Of a stretch of DNA of 64,000 nt, positions 9,168 to 20,427 are shown one piece after another. The stretch comes from Rhodospirillales bacterium (GTDB lineage: Bacteria; Pseudomonadota; Alphaproteobacteria; CACIAM-22H2). Every line of letters begins with the position of its first letter. Position 1 is the first letter of the stretch. The position numbers and the translations under genes are program-made. The notes under the pieces are model-generated. The model ran no database searches. It was not told the origin of the DNA and saw nothing but the letters and a program-made list of their open reading frames with translations. Where the stretch lies: contig CANFCX010000002.1 in the NCBI GenBank assembly GCA_947445225.1, positions 26,119-90,118 on the forward strand. Reading direction: 5' to 3'.

Positions 9168-10406
9168 TCACGCCAGGATGCGGGCGCGTAGCTCTTCGCC
9201 GTCGATGGCCTCCAGGCGAGCCCTGACCAAGGCACCGACCGGCGTCTCGCGATCGACGCGGACGGGCGCGAAATGTTCGCTGCGCCCGAACGTCCCATCC
9301 TCGACCAGAACATCGGCGGTCGCGCCAACGAGGCCGGCAAGAAATCGCCGTCTCAACTCGGCGCCCTGCTCCCGCAATTGGGCGGCGCGTTCGCGCCGGA
9401 GCGCGACTGGAATCTGCGGCATCCGCGCGGCCGGAGTTCCGACTCGCGGCGAATAGGGAAAGACATGCAGAAAGGCGATGCCGCATTCGTCGAGCAACGA
9501 TCGCGTGCCCGCCGCCATCGCCTCGGTTTCCGTCGGAAAGCCGGCGATGAGATCGGCGCCGAAGGCGATATCGGGACGTACCGCGCGCAGGCGCCCGCAC
9601 AAACGTACGACGTCGGCGCGGCTGTGCCGGCGCTTCATGCGCTTGAGGATGAGATCGTCGCCGGATTGGAGGCTGAGATGGAGATGGGGCATCAGCCGGC
9701 CTTCTTCGGCGAACAGGCGAAACAGATCGTCATCCACTTCGGCCGGATCGACCGAGGACAGCCGAAGCCGGGCAAGCCCGGGAACCGCATCGAGCAAACC
9801 GCGGATCATGCCGCCAAGATGCGGGCGCTCCGGCAGATCGCCGCCATAGGAGGTCAAATCGACGCCGGTGAGAACGACCTCGCGATAACCGGCATCGACC
9901 AACGCCTTGAGTTCTTCGATGATGTGCGCCGGCGGCACGCTGCGGCTGGGTCCACGTCCGTAGGGAATGATGCAAAAGGTGCATCGGTGATCGCAGCCGT
10001 TCTGCACCTGAACGAAGGCGCGGACCCGTTCGCGAAAACCGGCGGCGAGATGCCCGGCGGTCTCGCGAACCGCCATGATGTCGCCGACGATCACCCGAGC
10101 CTCGGTGTCCGCGTAGCGTTCGGATAAGAATTTCTCGCTGTTGCCCAGGACGCGGTCGACCTCCGGCATCGCGGCGAAGGCGCCCGGATTGATCTGGGCG
10201 GCACAGCCGGTGACGACGATGCGGGCGTTCGGTCGTTCGCGCCGCAACCGGCGAATCGCCTGCCGCGCTTGCCGCTCGGCTTCCGCCGTGACGGCGCAAG
10301 TGTTGACGATGACAAGATCGTCGTGCCCGGCGGTGGCCGCGCGTATGGCCTCGGATTCATAAGCGTTGAGCCGGCAGCCGAAGGTGACGATCTCGGGACC
10401 GCTCAT
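9168..10406 (-). CDS. mtaB: tRNA t6A37 methylthiotransferase MtaB (MiaB-like radical SAM)
   Basis: N-terminal MTTase domain (TFGCRLNAYESE), radical SAM CxxxCxxC (CDHRCTFC), TRAM-like C-terminus; ATG 10406. Confidence 0.8.
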   Translation of the reverse strand: MSGPEIVTFGCRLNAYESEAIRAATAGHDDLVIVNTCAVTAEAERQARQAIRRLRRERPNARIVVTGCAAQINPGAFAAMPEVDRVLGNSEKFLSERYADTEARVIVGDIMAVRETAGHLAAGFRERVRAFVQVQNGCDHRCTFCIIPYGRGPSRSVPPAHIIEELKALVDAGYREVVLTGVDLTSYGGDLPERPHLGGMIRGLLDAVPGLARLRLSSVDPAEVDDDLFRLFAEEGRLMPHLHLSLQSGDDLILKRMKRRHSRADVVRLCGRLRAVRPDIAFGADLIAGFPTETEAMAAGTRSLLDECGIAFLHVFPYSPRVGTPAARMPQIPVALRRERAAQLREQGAELRRRFLAGLVGATADVLVEDGTFGRSEHFAPVRVDRETPVGALVRARLEAIDGEELRARILA

Positions 10407-11239
10407 GACAGCAACGCCCCGTCCATGATTCCGGTGAAGGCGATTGCGGCGGGTCCGGTCATCGTGACGTGTCCGTTGGGCAGCCACTCGATCGACAACT
10501 CACCGCCATCCAGGGCGACCGCGGCGCGGCGTCCCGAAAGACCGCGCCGATGGGCCGCGACAATCGCGGCGCAGGCGCCGCTGCCGCAGGCCCGGGTGAG
10601 GCCGGCGCCGCGTTCCCACACGCGCAGACGCACCCGGTCGGGGGCCAAGACCGTGGCCACGCCGACATTGGCCCGTTCGGGAAACAGGGCGTTGTGCTCC
10701 AGAACCGGTCCCAGGGTCGCGAGGTCCACCGCGTCGGCGTCGTCCACGAAGAAAACCATATGCGGGTTCCCCATGCTCACGGCGACCGGCTCCTTCAGGG
10801 GACCCAGCTCGATCGGCAGCCTTTCCGTGTCCATCGCGCGGGCCAGCGGAATGTCGCGCCACTCGGTTCGCGCCGGCCCCATATCCACGGCGATGCGTCC
10901 GCGATCGGCGCGCGCGGCCTCGAGTCGTCCGGCCGCGGTCTCGATGGAGACGTGGTCGAGACCGGATTCGGTCATCAGGAGTTGGGCGACGCAGCGTGTG
11001 GCGTTGCCGCAAGCGGCAACCTCGCCGCCATCGGCGTTGTGAATCCGCATGAAGGCGTCGGCCCGCCCGTTTCGTGGCTTTTCGATGACGATAAGCTGAT
11101 CGCAGCCGATCCCGGTATGGCGGTCGGCGATGTGTCGCGCCACGCGGTCATCCGGAGCAAATGGCTCGCCGCGAGCGTCAACGACGACAAAGTCGTTGCC
11201 GAGCCCATGCATCTTGAGAAAAGCCCGTCCGCTCGTCAT
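10403..11239 (-). CDS. dapF: diaminopimelate epimerase DapF
   Basis: MHGLGNDFVVVD and catalytic-Cys regions (CGNATRC); stop overlaps mtaB start (ATGA). Confidence 0.85.
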   Translation of the reverse strand: MTSGRAFLKMHGLGNDFVVVDARGEPFAPDDRVARHIADRHTGIGCDQLIVIEKPRNGRADAFMRIHNADGGEVAACGNATRCVAQLLMTESGLDHVSIETAAGRLEAARADRGRIAVDMGPARTEWRDIPLARAMDTERLPIELGPLKEPVAVSMGNPHMVFFVDDADAVDLATLGPVLEHNALFPERANVGVATVLAPDRVRLRVWERGAGLTRACGSGACAAIVAAHRRGLSGRRAAVALDGGELSIEWLPNGHVTMTGPAAIAFTGIMDGALLS

Positions 11240-11428
11240 TTCGGCTTATAGGGCGGCCTAAGTCCGCAAGTCCATAGGATTCGCCCTTCACCGCGAGGCC
11301 GCCAAATGCCGATCACATTGGCTCACTTCCCCGTGACCACCAGAGGAAATCGGCGTGGGCCACGTACATATAAGAGACACAGTCGCTTCGCCACCCCTGG
11401 CGGGCCGACATACCAATGCCGACATACA

Positions 11429-12226
11429 ATGAAGGTGAGCCCCATGTACGTACCTATCGCCGCTGCCGCGCTCGGACTCGTCGGGCTCGTGGGTGCCACG
11501 TGCCTCTCGGGGCTGGGAGTCGCCGGTGCGCCCTTGGTCGTGAAGCTCTATGGCGCGGCGGGCGCCGCTCCCGCCTTCGTCGAAGCCGCCGGAGCCTTCG
11601 CCAAGAAGGAGGATGGGCGGATCGAGATCGCAATCGCATCCGCCCATGGGGCCTTCCAGGCCGCCGCGGATGCCGATCTTCTTTTCGACGACGGGGAGAC
11701 GGCGTTGACCGATATCGCGGCCGCGCTGACCGCCAACTTGGCGCCGCGGCCGGCGATACCGCTCTTCGCGCGGCCGCCCTCCGTTGTCGTCAAGCCGGGC
11801 AACCCCGAAAACATTGCCACGGTGCGCGATCTGGCGCGGCCCGGCACGAACATCATGGTTGTATCGGGAGCCCATGATTGGTTGCAGGCATCCACGCCGA
11901 CCGATGCGGCGGATGCGGTTCTGCTCCGCGCCGTGCTCGACAATGTTGTCGCCGTCGCCCGGGATCGCAAAGAAGCCGAACAGCTGTGGGCGGCGAACAC
12001 CCACATCGACGTCTGGTTGAATTGGGGCGCCGGCAAGGTCGAGGAGAGCGAAGTCGCCGACATCTCGGGCGGCCTGCCGGAATCGCTGCACCGCGCGGCA
12101 AGTGTCATGTTCACCGATCTGGGTGAATCCAAGACCTTGGCACATTCCTTCGTCGCCTTCCTGGCGAGCCGGCAAGGGTCGTCGATCTTCGCCAAATGGG
12201 GTTGGCCATACACCCCGTCTGAATGA
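11429..12226 (+). CDS. periplasmic substrate-binding protein (ModA/sulfate-type solute-binding fold), signal peptide
   Basis: Signal peptide after ATG 11429, overall SBP-like composition; weak family assignment. Confidence 0.45.
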   Translation: MKVSPMYVPIAAAALGLVGLVGATCLSGLGVAGAPLVVKLYGAAGAAPAFVEAAGAFAKKEDGRIEIAIASAHGAFQAAADADLLFDDGETALTDIAAALTANLAPRPAIPLFARPPSVVVKPGNPENIATVRDLARPGTNIMVVSGAHDWLQASTPTDAADAVLLRAVLDNVVAVARDRKEAEQLWAANTHIDVWLNWGAGKVEESEVADISGGLPESLHRAASVMFTDLGESKTLAHSFVAFLASRQGSSIFAKWGWPYTPSE

Positions 12227-12414
12227 GTCGAACACCGGCGCCACCGCGCCCCGCCCGGCCGGGCGGGGTGGGTCGTGCTTGACGAAGCGGGGCGCGACTT
12301 CTAGATTTCGCCCGTCCACGCAGTTTGTGGCGATCCGAACCCCTTGAGGGTCCGCCGGTCCGCGAGTTTCGCGCACCGGCGTGTTTTCGTTTTTGGCAAG
12401 GCAGCGTCGCGACG

Positions 12415-13779
12415 ATGTTCGAATCCTTGACGGGAAAACTCGGCGAAGTCTTCGATCGCCTACGCAAGCGCGGGGCGTTGTCGGAGGCCGACGTCGACGC
12501 CGCGCTGCGCGAAGTGCGCGTTGCCCTGCTCGAGGCCGATGTCGCCCTGTCCGTGGTCAAGGATTTCACCGGACGCGTGCGCCTTGCCGCTGTCGGCCAG
12601 GACGTGATCCGGAGCGTTACGCCCGGCCAGATGGTGGTGAAGATCGTCCACGATCAGCTCGTCGAGCTGCTTGGCGGCGGTCAACCGGTCGATGAAGCCG
12701 GCATCAATCTGCGCGCCGCCGCTCCCGTGGTCGTCCTCATGGTCGGACTTCAAGGATCGGGCAAAACGACGACGACGGCCAAGATCGCGCTGCGCCTCAA
12801 GACCCGCGAACGCAAGAAGGTTTTGATGGCGTCGCTCGACACGCGGCGTCCGGCCGCGCAGGAGCAGCTCGCCGTTCTGGGAACCCAGGTGGACGTGGCG
12901 ACATTGCCGATCGTCGTCGGCGAGCAGCCCGAGGCGATCGCCCGCCGCGCCCTGGAAACCGCCCGGCGCGAAGGCTGCGACGTACTTTTGCTCGATACCG
13001 CCGGCCGTCTGCATATCGACGATGAGTTGATGGCGGAGGCGCGTGCCATCGGCGCGATTGCTGCGCCCACCGAGACACTTTTGGTTGTCGACGCCATGAC
13101 CGGGCAGGACGCGGTCAATTTGGCGCGGGCCTTCAATGAACAGCTCGGGGTTACCGGCATCGTCATGACCCGCGTTGATGGCGATGCGCGCGGCGGCGCG
13201 GCCCTGTCCATGCGGGCGGTGACCGGCCGGCCGATCAAATTGATCGGCACCGGCGAAAAGCCCGACGCACTCGAGATTTTCCAACCCGACCGCATCGCGT
13301 CCCGAATCCTCGGCATGGGCGACATCGTTGGCTTGGTCGAACGCGCCGCCGAAACCGTCGAACGCGACGAAGCCGAGAAAATCGCCCGCAAATTGCAAAA
13401 AGGCGAATTCGACCTCGACGATATGGCGTCGCAACTGCGCCAGATTCGCCGCATGGGCGGGTTGTCGGGGGTCATGGGTATGTTGCCGAGCATCGGTCAG
13501 ATCAAACAGAAGCTCGCCGGTGCCAAAGTCGATGAACGTGTCCTGCGGCGTCAGGAGGCGATCATCGGATCGATGACTCGGATTGAACGCCGCAACGTCA
13601 AATTGCTCAACGCCTCGCGTAAACGTCGCATTGCCGGCGGCTCGGGCACGTCCGTCGAAGACGTCAATCGGCTGATCAAGCAGTACATGGAGATGAGCCG
13701 GATCGTGAAGCAGGTCGGCCGCATGGGCCAAAAGGGATTGGCGCGCCAGGGCATGGCCGCCCTCATGCGGCGTCATTAG
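12415..13779 (+). CDS. ffh: signal recognition particle protein Ffh
   Basis: MFESLTGKLGEVFDRLRKRG N-domain, GTPase motifs (GLQGSGKTTT, DTAGR, TRVDGDARGGAALS), M-domain. Confidence 0.9.
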   Translation: MFESLTGKLGEVFDRLRKRGALSEADVDAALREVRVALLEADVALSVVKDFTGRVRLAAVGQDVIRSVTPGQMVVKIVHDQLVELLGGGQPVDEAGINLRAAAPVVVLMVGLQGSGKTTTTAKIALRLKTRERKKVLMASLDTRRPAAQEQLAVLGTQVDVATLPIVVGEQPEAIARRALETARREGCDVLLLDTAGRLHIDDELMAEARAIGAIAAPTETLLVVDAMTGQDAVNLARAFNEQLGVTGIVMTRVDGDARGGAALSMRAVTGRPIKLIGTGEKPDALEIFQPDRIASRILGMGDIVGLVERAAETVERDEAEKIARKLQKGEFDLDDMASQLRQIRRMGGLSGVMGMLPSIGQIKQKLAGAKVDERVLRRQEAIIGSMTRIERRNVKLLNASRKRRIAGGSGTSVEDVNRLIKQYMEMSRIVKQVGRMGQKGLARQGMAALMRRH

Positions 13780-13794
13780 GCCGGAGACCGCACC

Positions 13795-14175
13795 ATGATC
13801 GATCATCTCTCCGTCGGGGTCGCGAACTTGACCCGCAGCCGCGGCTTCTATGACAAGGTGCTGAAGACGCTGGGCTACAAACGCGAGCTCACCTTCCCCC
13901 ACGCCGTCGGTTACGGCCGCGAGGGCAAGCCGAGTTTCTGGCTCGGGCCGGCGACCGGGCGCGCAAAAGCCAAAGCGATGCCCGGCTTCCACGTCGCCTT
14001 TGTGGCCGCCGACCGCAAATCCGTGGATCGTTTCTACAAGGCCGCGATCGCGGCGGGCGCCAAGGACAACGGCAAGCCCGGCCCGCGGCCGCTCTACCAC
14101 GCAAACTACTACGGCGCTTTTGTTGTCGATCCCGACGGCCATCACATCGAGGCCGTCTGCCACCAGCCGGAATGA
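13795..14175 (+). CDS. VOC/glyoxalase-bleomycin resistance family protein
   Basis: [23 protein letters not shown] fold signature, 126 aa. Confidence 0.7.
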   Translation: MIDHLSVGVANLTRSRGFYDKVLKTLGYKRELTFPHAVGYGREGKPSFWLGPATGRAKAKAMPGFHVAFVAADRKSVDRFYKAAIAAGAKDNGKPGPRPLYHANYYGAFVVDPDGHHIEAVCHQPE

Positions 14176-14209
14176 TGTCACTCCAACTAGAAATGAGGTC
14201 GAGACCGAC

Positions 14210-14572
14210 ATGGCTTTGAAAATTCGCATGAGCCGGGCCGGAGCCAAGAAACGGCCGTTCTACCGTATCGTCGTCGCCGATAGCCGTTGCCCAAGGGACG
14301 GACGCTTCATCGAAAAGCTCGGCACCTATAATCCGATGGTCGCCGACAACCATCCCGATCGCGTGACGCTGGACGCCGACCGCATCAAATATTGGCTGTC
14401 GGTCGGCGCCAAGCCGAGCGACCGTGTCGGCCGTTTCCTCGGGAAGGCCGGCCTGGTGCCGATGCCGACCTATGGCGAGAGCCCGAAAAAGAGCGCGCCC
14501 CGCAAGAAGACGCGCGAGCGCACCGAGGCCGCGGCCGCCGCGGCGCCGGCCAGCGGCGCACCCGCCGCCTAA
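14210..14572 (+). CDS. rpsP: 30S ribosomal protein S16 (C-terminally extended)
   Basis: [26 protein letters not shown] signature; ATG 14210 inside ORF 14000..14572. Confidence 0.9.
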   Translation: MALKIRMSRAGAKKRPFYRIVVADSRCPRDGRFIEKLGTYNPMVADNHPDRVTLDADRIKYWLSVGAKPSDRVGRFLGKAGLVPMPTYGESPKKSAPRKKTRERTEAAAAAAPASGAPAA

Positions 14573-14587
14573 ACGCCGGATCGGACG

Positions 14588-15184
14588 ATGGTCGCAGTGA
14601 AGCAGGACGGAACACCGACGCAGCCCATTTGCGTCGGCGTGATCGTGGGGCCGCACGGCGTGCGCGGCGCCGTGCGTGTCCAAAGCTTCACGTCCGACCC
14701 GGCCGCGATCGCCGCCTATCAACCCCTTTTCGATGAGTCGGGCTCGCGGCGCTTCGCGCTGAAGAAGCTGGCCGCGGCAAGGGGTGGGCTGGTCGCGGCG
14801 ATTCGGGGCGTCGAGGACCGCGACGCCGCCGCGGCTTTGGCGGGCACCCGCCTGTTTACCTCGCGCGACGCCCTGCCGAAACTGGCGGAGGAGGAATACT
14901 ACCAGGCCGATCTGATCGGATTGCGCGCGGAGTCCGACGACGGCCGCGTCTTGGGAACGGTCAAGGCTGTCCACGACCATGGCGGCGGGCCCTATCTCGA
15001 AATCGCCGGCGAAACATCCGAAATGATGATTCCCTTCGGTCGCCGGACGGTTCCGGTCGTCGATCTGGGCGGAGGACGCATCGTTGTCGATCCTCCGGCG
15101 GAAACCGACGATGACCCGGGTATCGAACAAGGCGGGCTTCGTCCGCCCATCCCTGCGAGCGGTCGATCCGCCGGTCGGGATTGA
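14588..15184 (+). CDS. rimM: 16S rRNA processing protein RimM
   Basis: [19 protein letters not shown]-terminus; conserved rpsP-rimM-trmD-rplS order. Confidence 0.85.
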   Translation: MVAVKQDGTPTQPICVGVIVGPHGVRGAVRVQSFTSDPAAIAAYQPLFDESGSRRFALKKLAAARGGLVAAIRGVEDRDAAAALAGTRLFTSRDALPKLAEEEYYQADLIGLRAESDDGRVLGTVKAVHDHGGGPYLEIAGETSEMMIPFGRRTVPVVDLGGGRIVVDPPAETDDDPGIEQGGLRPPIPASGRSAGRD

Positions 15185-15188
15185 TGGA

Positions 15189-15908
15189 ATGACCGAGACG
15201 GCAAGACTTCCCTGGTCGGCCACGGTGCTGACGTTGTTCCCGGAGATGTTTCCCGGGCCGCTCGGCCATTCCTTGGCCGGCCGCGCATTGGCCGATGGTC
15301 GTTGGGCGTTGGAGGCCGTGGACATTCGCGGCTTCGCCACCGACCGCCATCGCACGGTCGACGATTACCCATTTGGCGGCGGCCCGGGCATGGTGATGCG
15401 TCCCGACGTCATCGACGCCGCGCTCGCCTGGGCGGCCCAAAACGGCCCGGCGCGGCCAACGATCTGCCTGTCGCCGCGCGGCAACCTGCTGGCGCAGCGC
15501 CGCATCCGTGAGCTTGCCGAAGCCCCCGGCGTTGTCATGGTGTGCGGCCGTTTCGAGGGCATCGACGAACGGGTCATCGCCGCGCGCGGATTGGAAGAGG
15601 TGAGCCTCGGCGATTTCGTGCTGTCCGGCGGCGAACCGGCGGCGATCGCGCTGATCGACGCCTGCGTGCGGCTGTTGCCAGGTGTCATGGGGCAGGAGCA
15701 ATCGCTGGCGGAGGAAAGCTTCGAGCGCGGCCTCTTGGAATATCCGCACTACACGAGGCCCCAGATTTGGCAGGAAAGACCCGTGCCCGATGTGTTGGTC
15801 TCGGGTCACCATGAAAAAATCCGGGCCTGGCGCCTTAGTCAGGCCGAACAAATAACGCGCGAGCGGCGGCCCGATTTGTGGGCCCGCTATGTGGCTGCCC
15901 GCGCGTAG
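15189..15908 (+). CDS. trmD: tRNA (guanine37-N1)-methyltransferase TrmD
   Basis: [27 protein letters not shown] motifs; ATG 15189 just after rimM stop. Confidence 0.9.
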   Translation: MTETARLPWSATVLTLFPEMFPGPLGHSLAGRALADGRWALEAVDIRGFATDRHRTVDDYPFGGGPGMVMRPDVIDAALAWAAQNGPARPTICLSPRGNLLAQRRIRELAEAPGVVMVCGRFEGIDERVIAARGLEEVSLGDFVLSGGEPAAIALIDACVRLLPGVMGQEQSLAEESFERGLLEYPHYTRPQIWQERPVPDVLVSGHHEKIRAWRLSQAEQITRERRPDLWARYVAARA

Positions 15909-15931
15909 TGCATTCGCAGAAAGGACTAACC

Positions 15932-16369
15932 ATGAACGTCATCGAACAAATCGAAAAAGAACAGATCACCAAGCTGACGGCGCAACGCAAAGTGCCGAGC
16001 TTCCGACCGGGGGACACATTGAGGATCAGCGTCAAGGTGGTCGAAGGCACGCGCGAGCGCCTTCAGGCATTCGAGGGCGTGTGCATCGCGCGCCGCAACG
16101 CCGGACTCAATTCGTCCTTCACCGTGCGCAAAATCTCGTTCGGCGAGGGTGTTGAGCGCGTTTTCCCGCTTTATTCTCCCCGGATCGCAGACATCGAGGT
16201 CGTCCGCCTCGGCGATGTGCGCCGGGCCAAGCTGTATTACCTGCGCGGCCTGACCGGCAAGAAAGCGCGTATCGCCGAACGTGCGGCGACGGCCGCGGAT
16301 ATGCCGGAAGCCGAGCTGATTGCCGACGTCGCCCCGGTCGCTGCAGAGGCGGCCAAGGCGGATAAATGA
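15932..16369 (+). CDS. rplS: 50S ribosomal protein L19 (C-terminally extended)
   Basis: [12 protein letters not shown]..., [14 protein letters not shown] signature. Confidence 0.9.
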   Translation: MNVIEQIEKEQITKLTAQRKVPSFRPGDTLRISVKVVEGTRERLQAFEGVCIARRNAGLNSSFTVRKISFGEGVERVFPLYSPRIADIEVVRLGDVRRAKLYYLRGLTGKKARIAERAATAADMPEAELIADVAPVAAEAAKADK

Positions 16370-16401
16370 TCCACGAACCGGCTCGGTGACGCAGGAGCGA
16401 C

Positions 16402-17808
16402 ATGTCGAAGCCGCTCACCCTGTTCGACAAGATTTGGAACCACCATGTCGTTGATCGGCAGAAGGACGGTACGTGCCTCATCTACGTCGACCTCCACCTC
16501 ATTCACGAGGTCACCTCGCCGCAGGCTTTCGAGGGATTGCGTAGCGCCGGGCGGCCGGTGCGCCGTCCGGATCTGACACTCGCCGTCGCCGATCATAACG
16601 TCCCGACGACCGACCGCCGGTTCGGCATTACCGACCCGGAATCGCTTCTTCAGGTCGAAACGCTGGGGCAGAACTGCGCCGCTTTCGGCATCCGCTATTT
16701 CGACATGGGGGATATCAGGCAGGGCATCGTTCATATCGTGGGCCCGGAGCAGGGTTTGACCCAACCGGGCATGACCATCGTCTGCGGCGACAGCCATACC
16801 TCCACCCATGGCGCCTTCGGCGCGCTGGCCTTTGGCATCGGCACGTCCGAGGTCGAACATGTGCTGGCCACGCAAACCCTGATCCAGCGTCCGGCCTCGA
16901 ACATGCGCGTCACCGTATCGGGGCGGCGGGGAAAAGGCGTCGCGGCCAAGGATTTGATCTTGGGGATCATCGGCCAGATCGGAACGGCCGGCGGCACCGG
17001 ACATGTCATCGAATTTGCAGGCCAAGCGGTTGCCGAGCTGTCGATGGAAGGCCGCATGACCATGTGCAACATGTCGATCGAGGCCGGAGCGCGGGCGGGT
17101 TTGATCGCGCCGGATGAAAAGACCTTCGCCTATCTTCTCGGACGTCCGATGGCGCCGAAGGCCGGGGCCTGGGAAATGGCGCTCGCTTATTGGAAGACGC
17201 TGCCTTCCGATCCCGGGGCGATTTACGAGAGTGAGGTCACCCTGGATGCCGGCGCAATCGCGCCCCAGGTCACTTGGGGCACCAGCCCCCAAGACGTGGC
17301 CGCCATCGATGGAACGGTGCCCGATCCGGCCGACCAGGCCGATCCGCGCCGCCGGGAAGCCATGGAGCGCGCGCTGAGTTACATGGGGCTGGCGCCGGGC
17401 ATGAACCTTCGCGACATCCACATCGACACCGTGTTCATCGGTTCGTGCACGAATGCGCGCATCGAGGATCTGCGCGCCGCCGCCGCGGTCGTGAAGAACC
17501 GCCATGTGGCCGATTCGGTGCGGGCATTGGTGGTTCCCGGATCCGGCCTGGTCAAGAACCAGGCGGAAGCGGAGGGGCTCGATCGCATCTTCATCGATGC
17601 CGGATTTGAATGGCGCGAACCTGGCTGTTCGATGTGCCTGGCCATGAACGCCGACAAGTTGAAGCCCGGCGAGCGCTGCGCCTCGACCTCCAATCGCAAC
17701 TTCGAGGGACGGCAGGGACCGGGCGGACGCACCCATCTGATGAGCCCCGAAATGGCCGCCGCGGCCGCGCTGGCCGGCCGCCTCGCCGATGTGCGCGAGC
17801 TGGTGTAG
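16402..17808 (+). CDS. leuC: 3-isopropylmalate dehydratase large subunit LeuC
   Basis: [17 protein letters not shown], aconitase-family Cys ligand regions. Confidence 0.95.
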   Translation: MSKPLTLFDKIWNHHVVDRQKDGTCLIYVDLHLIHEVTSPQAFEGLRSAGRPVRRPDLTLAVADHNVPTTDRRFGITDPESLLQVETLGQNCAAFGIRYFDMGDIRQGIVHIVGPEQGLTQPGMTIVCGDSHTSTHGAFGALAFGIGTSEVEHVLATQTLIQRPASNMRVTVSGRRGKGVAAKDLILGIIGQIGTAGGTGHVIEFAGQAVAELSMEGRMTMCNMSIEAGARAGLIAPDEKTFAYLLGRPMAPKAGAWEMALAYWKTLPSDPGAIYESEVTLDAGAIAPQVTWGTSPQDVAAIDGTVPDPADQADPRRREAMERALSYMGLAPGMNLRDIHIDTVFIGSCTNARIEDLRAAAAVVKNRHVADSVRALVVPGSGLVKNQAEAEGLDRIFIDAGFEWREPGCSMCLAMNADKLKPGERCASTSNRNFEGRQGPGGRTHLMSPEMAAAAALAGRLADVRELV

Positions 17809-17842
17809 CGCCCGCTGACACGACGACAACAAGCGGACAGAC

Positions 17843-18454
17843 ATGCAAAAGTTTGACACGTTTTCCGGGGTGGCGGCCCCGCTGCAGATCGACAATGTCG
17901 ATACCGACAGGATCATTCCCGCTCGATTCCTGAAAACCATCAAGCGGAGCGGGCTCGGCACGGCTTTGCTCTATCCCCTGCGTTACCACGCCGACGGCAG
18001 CGAGAGGCCGGATTTTGTCCTCAACCAACCCCGCTACCGCAAGGCCGGCATCCTGATCGCGGGCGAGAATTTCGGTTGTGGATCGAGCCGGGAGCACGCG
18101 CCCTGGGCCCTGCTCGATTTCGGCATCCGTTGTGTCATCGCCGAAAGCTTCGCCGATATTTTCTATAACAACTGTTTCAAGAACGGCATTCTCCCGGTGG
18201 TCTTGCCCAAATCGGAAATCGCCCGCCTGACGGAGTGCGCCGAGCGCGGCGCCAACGCCGTTTTCACCATTGATTTGGCGAAACAGGAAATCACCGATCC
18301 CGACGGCAGGACGTTGACCTTCGAGATCGACCCTTTCCGGAAGCACTGCCTGCTCAACGGCCTGGACGATATCGGATTGACCCTGGAGAAGGCGCCCGCG
18401 ATCGCGACCTACGAACAGGCGGCGCGGCAAACTCAGCCTTGGCTGTTCAAGTGA
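17843..18454 (+). CDS. leuD: 3-isopropylmalate dehydratase small subunit LeuD
   Basis: [13 protein letters not shown] swivel-domain signature. Confidence 0.9.
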   Translation: MQKFDTFSGVAAPLQIDNVDTDRIIPARFLKTIKRSGLGTALLYPLRYHADGSERPDFVLNQPRYRKAGILIAGENFGCGSSREHAPWALLDFGIRCVIAESFADIFYNNCFKNGILPVVLPKSEIARLTECAERGANAVFTIDLAKQEITDPDGRTLTFEIDPFRKHCLLNGLDDIGLTLEKAPAIATYEQAARQTQPWLFK

Positions 18455-18459
18455 ACCCG

Positions 18460-19581
18460 ATGCCAGGCAAACGCAGGCTCCTGATCCTTGCCGGCGACGG
18501 CATCGGTCCGGAATCCATGCGGCAGGTTCGCCGCGTCATCGACTGGCTAAGTCGCAACCGCGCGGTCGATTTCGACATCGAGGAAGGTTTGGTCGGCGGC
18601 GCCGCTTACGACGTTCATGGCACGCCGCTCACCGATGCCACGCTCGACCGGGCGATGCGGGCCGACGCCGTGTTGTTTGGCGCCGTCGGCGGCCCGAAAT
18701 GGGATTCGGTGCCATTCGCCAAGAAGCCGGAGCGCGGCCTGCTGCGCCTGCGCAAGGATTTGGACCTATTCGCGAATCTGCGGCCGGCCTTCCTATTCGA
18801 CGCCTTGCTCGACGCCTCGACGCTTAAACCTGAAATCGTACGCGGCCTCGATCTCTTGATCGTCCGCGAGTTGACCGGTGGCGTCTATTTCGGCCTGCCC
18901 CGCGGCATCGAGACATTGCCAGACGGCAGCCGCCGCGGCGTGAATACCCAGGTCTACACGACCGCGGAAATCGACCGCGTGGCCCGCGTGGCCTTCGAGC
19001 TTGCCGGCAAACGCCGCGGGAAACTCTGCTCCGTGGAAAAAGCCAATGTCATGGAAAGCGGCCAGCTTTGGCGCGAGGAGGTGCAAAAGCTGCACGACTC
19101 CTCCTATCCGCGCATCGAATTGTCGCATATGTACGCCGACAACTGCGCCATGCAGCTCGTGCGGGCGCCGAAGCAATTCGACGTCATTCTCACCGATAAT
19201 CTGTTCGGCGACTTGCTCTCCGATTGCGCGGCAATGTTGACCGGCTCGCTCGGCATGTTGCCTTCGGCCTCGCTGGGCCAAGCCGACGGCTCGGGACGGC
19301 GCCGGGCGCTGTACGAACCCGTCCATGGCAGCGCCCCCGACATCGCGGGCAAGGACATCGCCAATCCGCTGGCCACGGTGTTGAGCTTCGCGATGATGCT
19401 GCGTTATTCGTTCGATCTCGAGGAAGACGCGAGGCTGGTCGAGCGTGCCGTCGAGGCCGCGCTGAACGCGGGCATACGCACGGCCGACATCATGCAACCG
19501 GGCAAGACACCGGTTTCAACGACCGGGATGGGTGACGCCGTATTAAGGGAACTTGACCGGCTTTCCGCCGAACCGACCTAA
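18460..19581 (+). CDS. leuB: 3-isopropylmalate dehydrogenase LeuB
   Basis: [18 protein letters not shown] signatures; ORF opens at 18439, ATG 18460 preferred. Confidence 0.9.
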   Translation: MPGKRRLLILAGDGIGPESMRQVRRVIDWLSRNRAVDFDIEEGLVGGAAYDVHGTPLTDATLDRAMRADAVLFGAVGGPKWDSVPFAKKPERGLLRLRKDLDLFANLRPAFLFDALLDASTLKPEIVRGLDLLIVRELTGGVYFGLPRGIETLPDGSRRGVNTQVYTTAEIDRVARVAFELAGKRRGKLCSVEKANVMESGQLWREEVQKLHDSSYPRIELSHMYADNCAMQLVRAPKQFDVILTDNLFGDLLSDCAAMLTGSLGMLPSASLGQADGSGRRRALYEPVHGSAPDIAGKDIANPLATVLSFAMMLRYSFDLEEDARLVERAVEAALNAGIRTADIMQPGKTPVSTTGMGDAVLRELDRLSAEPT

Positions 19582-20264
19582 GCGGCTTCCGGTTCGATCT
19601 TTTGATAGTCCCAAACCGAGGCGGGCGGCAGGTTGAGGATCGTCGTGCCCAACCGTTTGCCCGTGAGGCCGAGCCGGGCCTTGGGCAGAGGGGATACCGG
19701 CAAATACGTGAATTGCAGGAAGCGGCCGCCGGGCGCCAAGACCGAAAAGCATTCATCGACGATCCGCTTTTGAACGGAAAGCGGCAGGTTCACCATCGGA
19801 ATTCCGCAGATGACCGTGCCGATCCGGCCATGCCACGCCGCTGGCAACAATTGCGAGAGGTTGGTGGCGTCGCCATGGATGACTTGGAGACCGGTGAATT
19901 GCTTCCGCAGATACGCGGCCATTCTGCCGTCGATTTCCACGACGAACAGACGGTCGTTCGGGATCCCCGAGGCTCTCAGCGCTCGGGTCACGGCACCGGT
20001 CCCGGCGCCGAGCTCGATCACGGCCTGATCTTCACCGACCCTAACGTTTCTGGCGATCAAGCGCGCCAGCGCCGGGGAACTCGGCAGCACCGACCCGACC
20101 TTCAGGGGATTGGCGAGCCATCGCCGCAGAAACAACAGATCCGCGCCGCGTTTGGCTGGCTTGGCGGGGATATCGCCGATGCCAAGGCCAAAGGCATCGT
20201 TGAGCCGGGTGGCGACGGCGCCTCGCAACCTGCGGTGGAAGTGGCCGGATGGAGGATTGGGCAT
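19578..20264 (-). CDS. class I SAM-dependent methyltransferase (phospholipid N-methyltransferase/rRNA adenine dimethylase-like fold)
   Basis: Motif [13 protein letters not shown]; small (228 aa) MTase. Confidence 0.5.
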   Translation of the reverse strand: MPNPPSGHFHRRLRGAVATRLNDAFGLGIGDIPAKPAKRGADLLFLRRWLANPLKVGSVLPSSPALARLIARNVRVGEDQAVIELGAGTGAVTRALRASGIPNDRLFVVEIDGRMAAYLRKQFTGLQVIHGDATNLSQLLPAAWHGRIGTVICGIPMVNLPLSVQKRIVDECFSVLAPGGRFLQFTYLPVSPLPKARLGLTGKRLGTTILNLPPASVWDYQKIEPEAA

Positions 20265-20427
20265 GGTGCTGAACCCCTGGGAAAGCGTGCGGCCTGGCTG
20301 TCAGACCGCGCGCCTGCCGCCCACCCCGCCATTGACGCAAGGAACCGGCAAGCGCACTTGCAATCGCCCCCCGATGAGGGGTAAGCAACGCGGTCTCGCT
20401 TGTCAAGCCAAACGGAGAACGAGGACC

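Noticed and set aside
12408-12425. gttcgaatcc-like string resembling a tRNA T-loop
   Set aside because: Lies inside the ffh coding sequence (encodes MFESL); no flanking acceptor/anticodon stem structure.
12460-14247. 595-aa ORF on minus strand opposite ffh/VOC genes (similar long antisense ORFs at 11288..12376, 16237..17961, 22577..23848, 40313..41878, 8219..9226, 9273..10127, 10469..11251, 4813..5532)
   Set aside because: They lie antisense to strongly conserved genes (ffh, leuC, dapF, ftsY etc.), have low-complexity Arg/Ala/Gly-rich translations typical of high-GC stop-codon depletion, and no recognisable domains.
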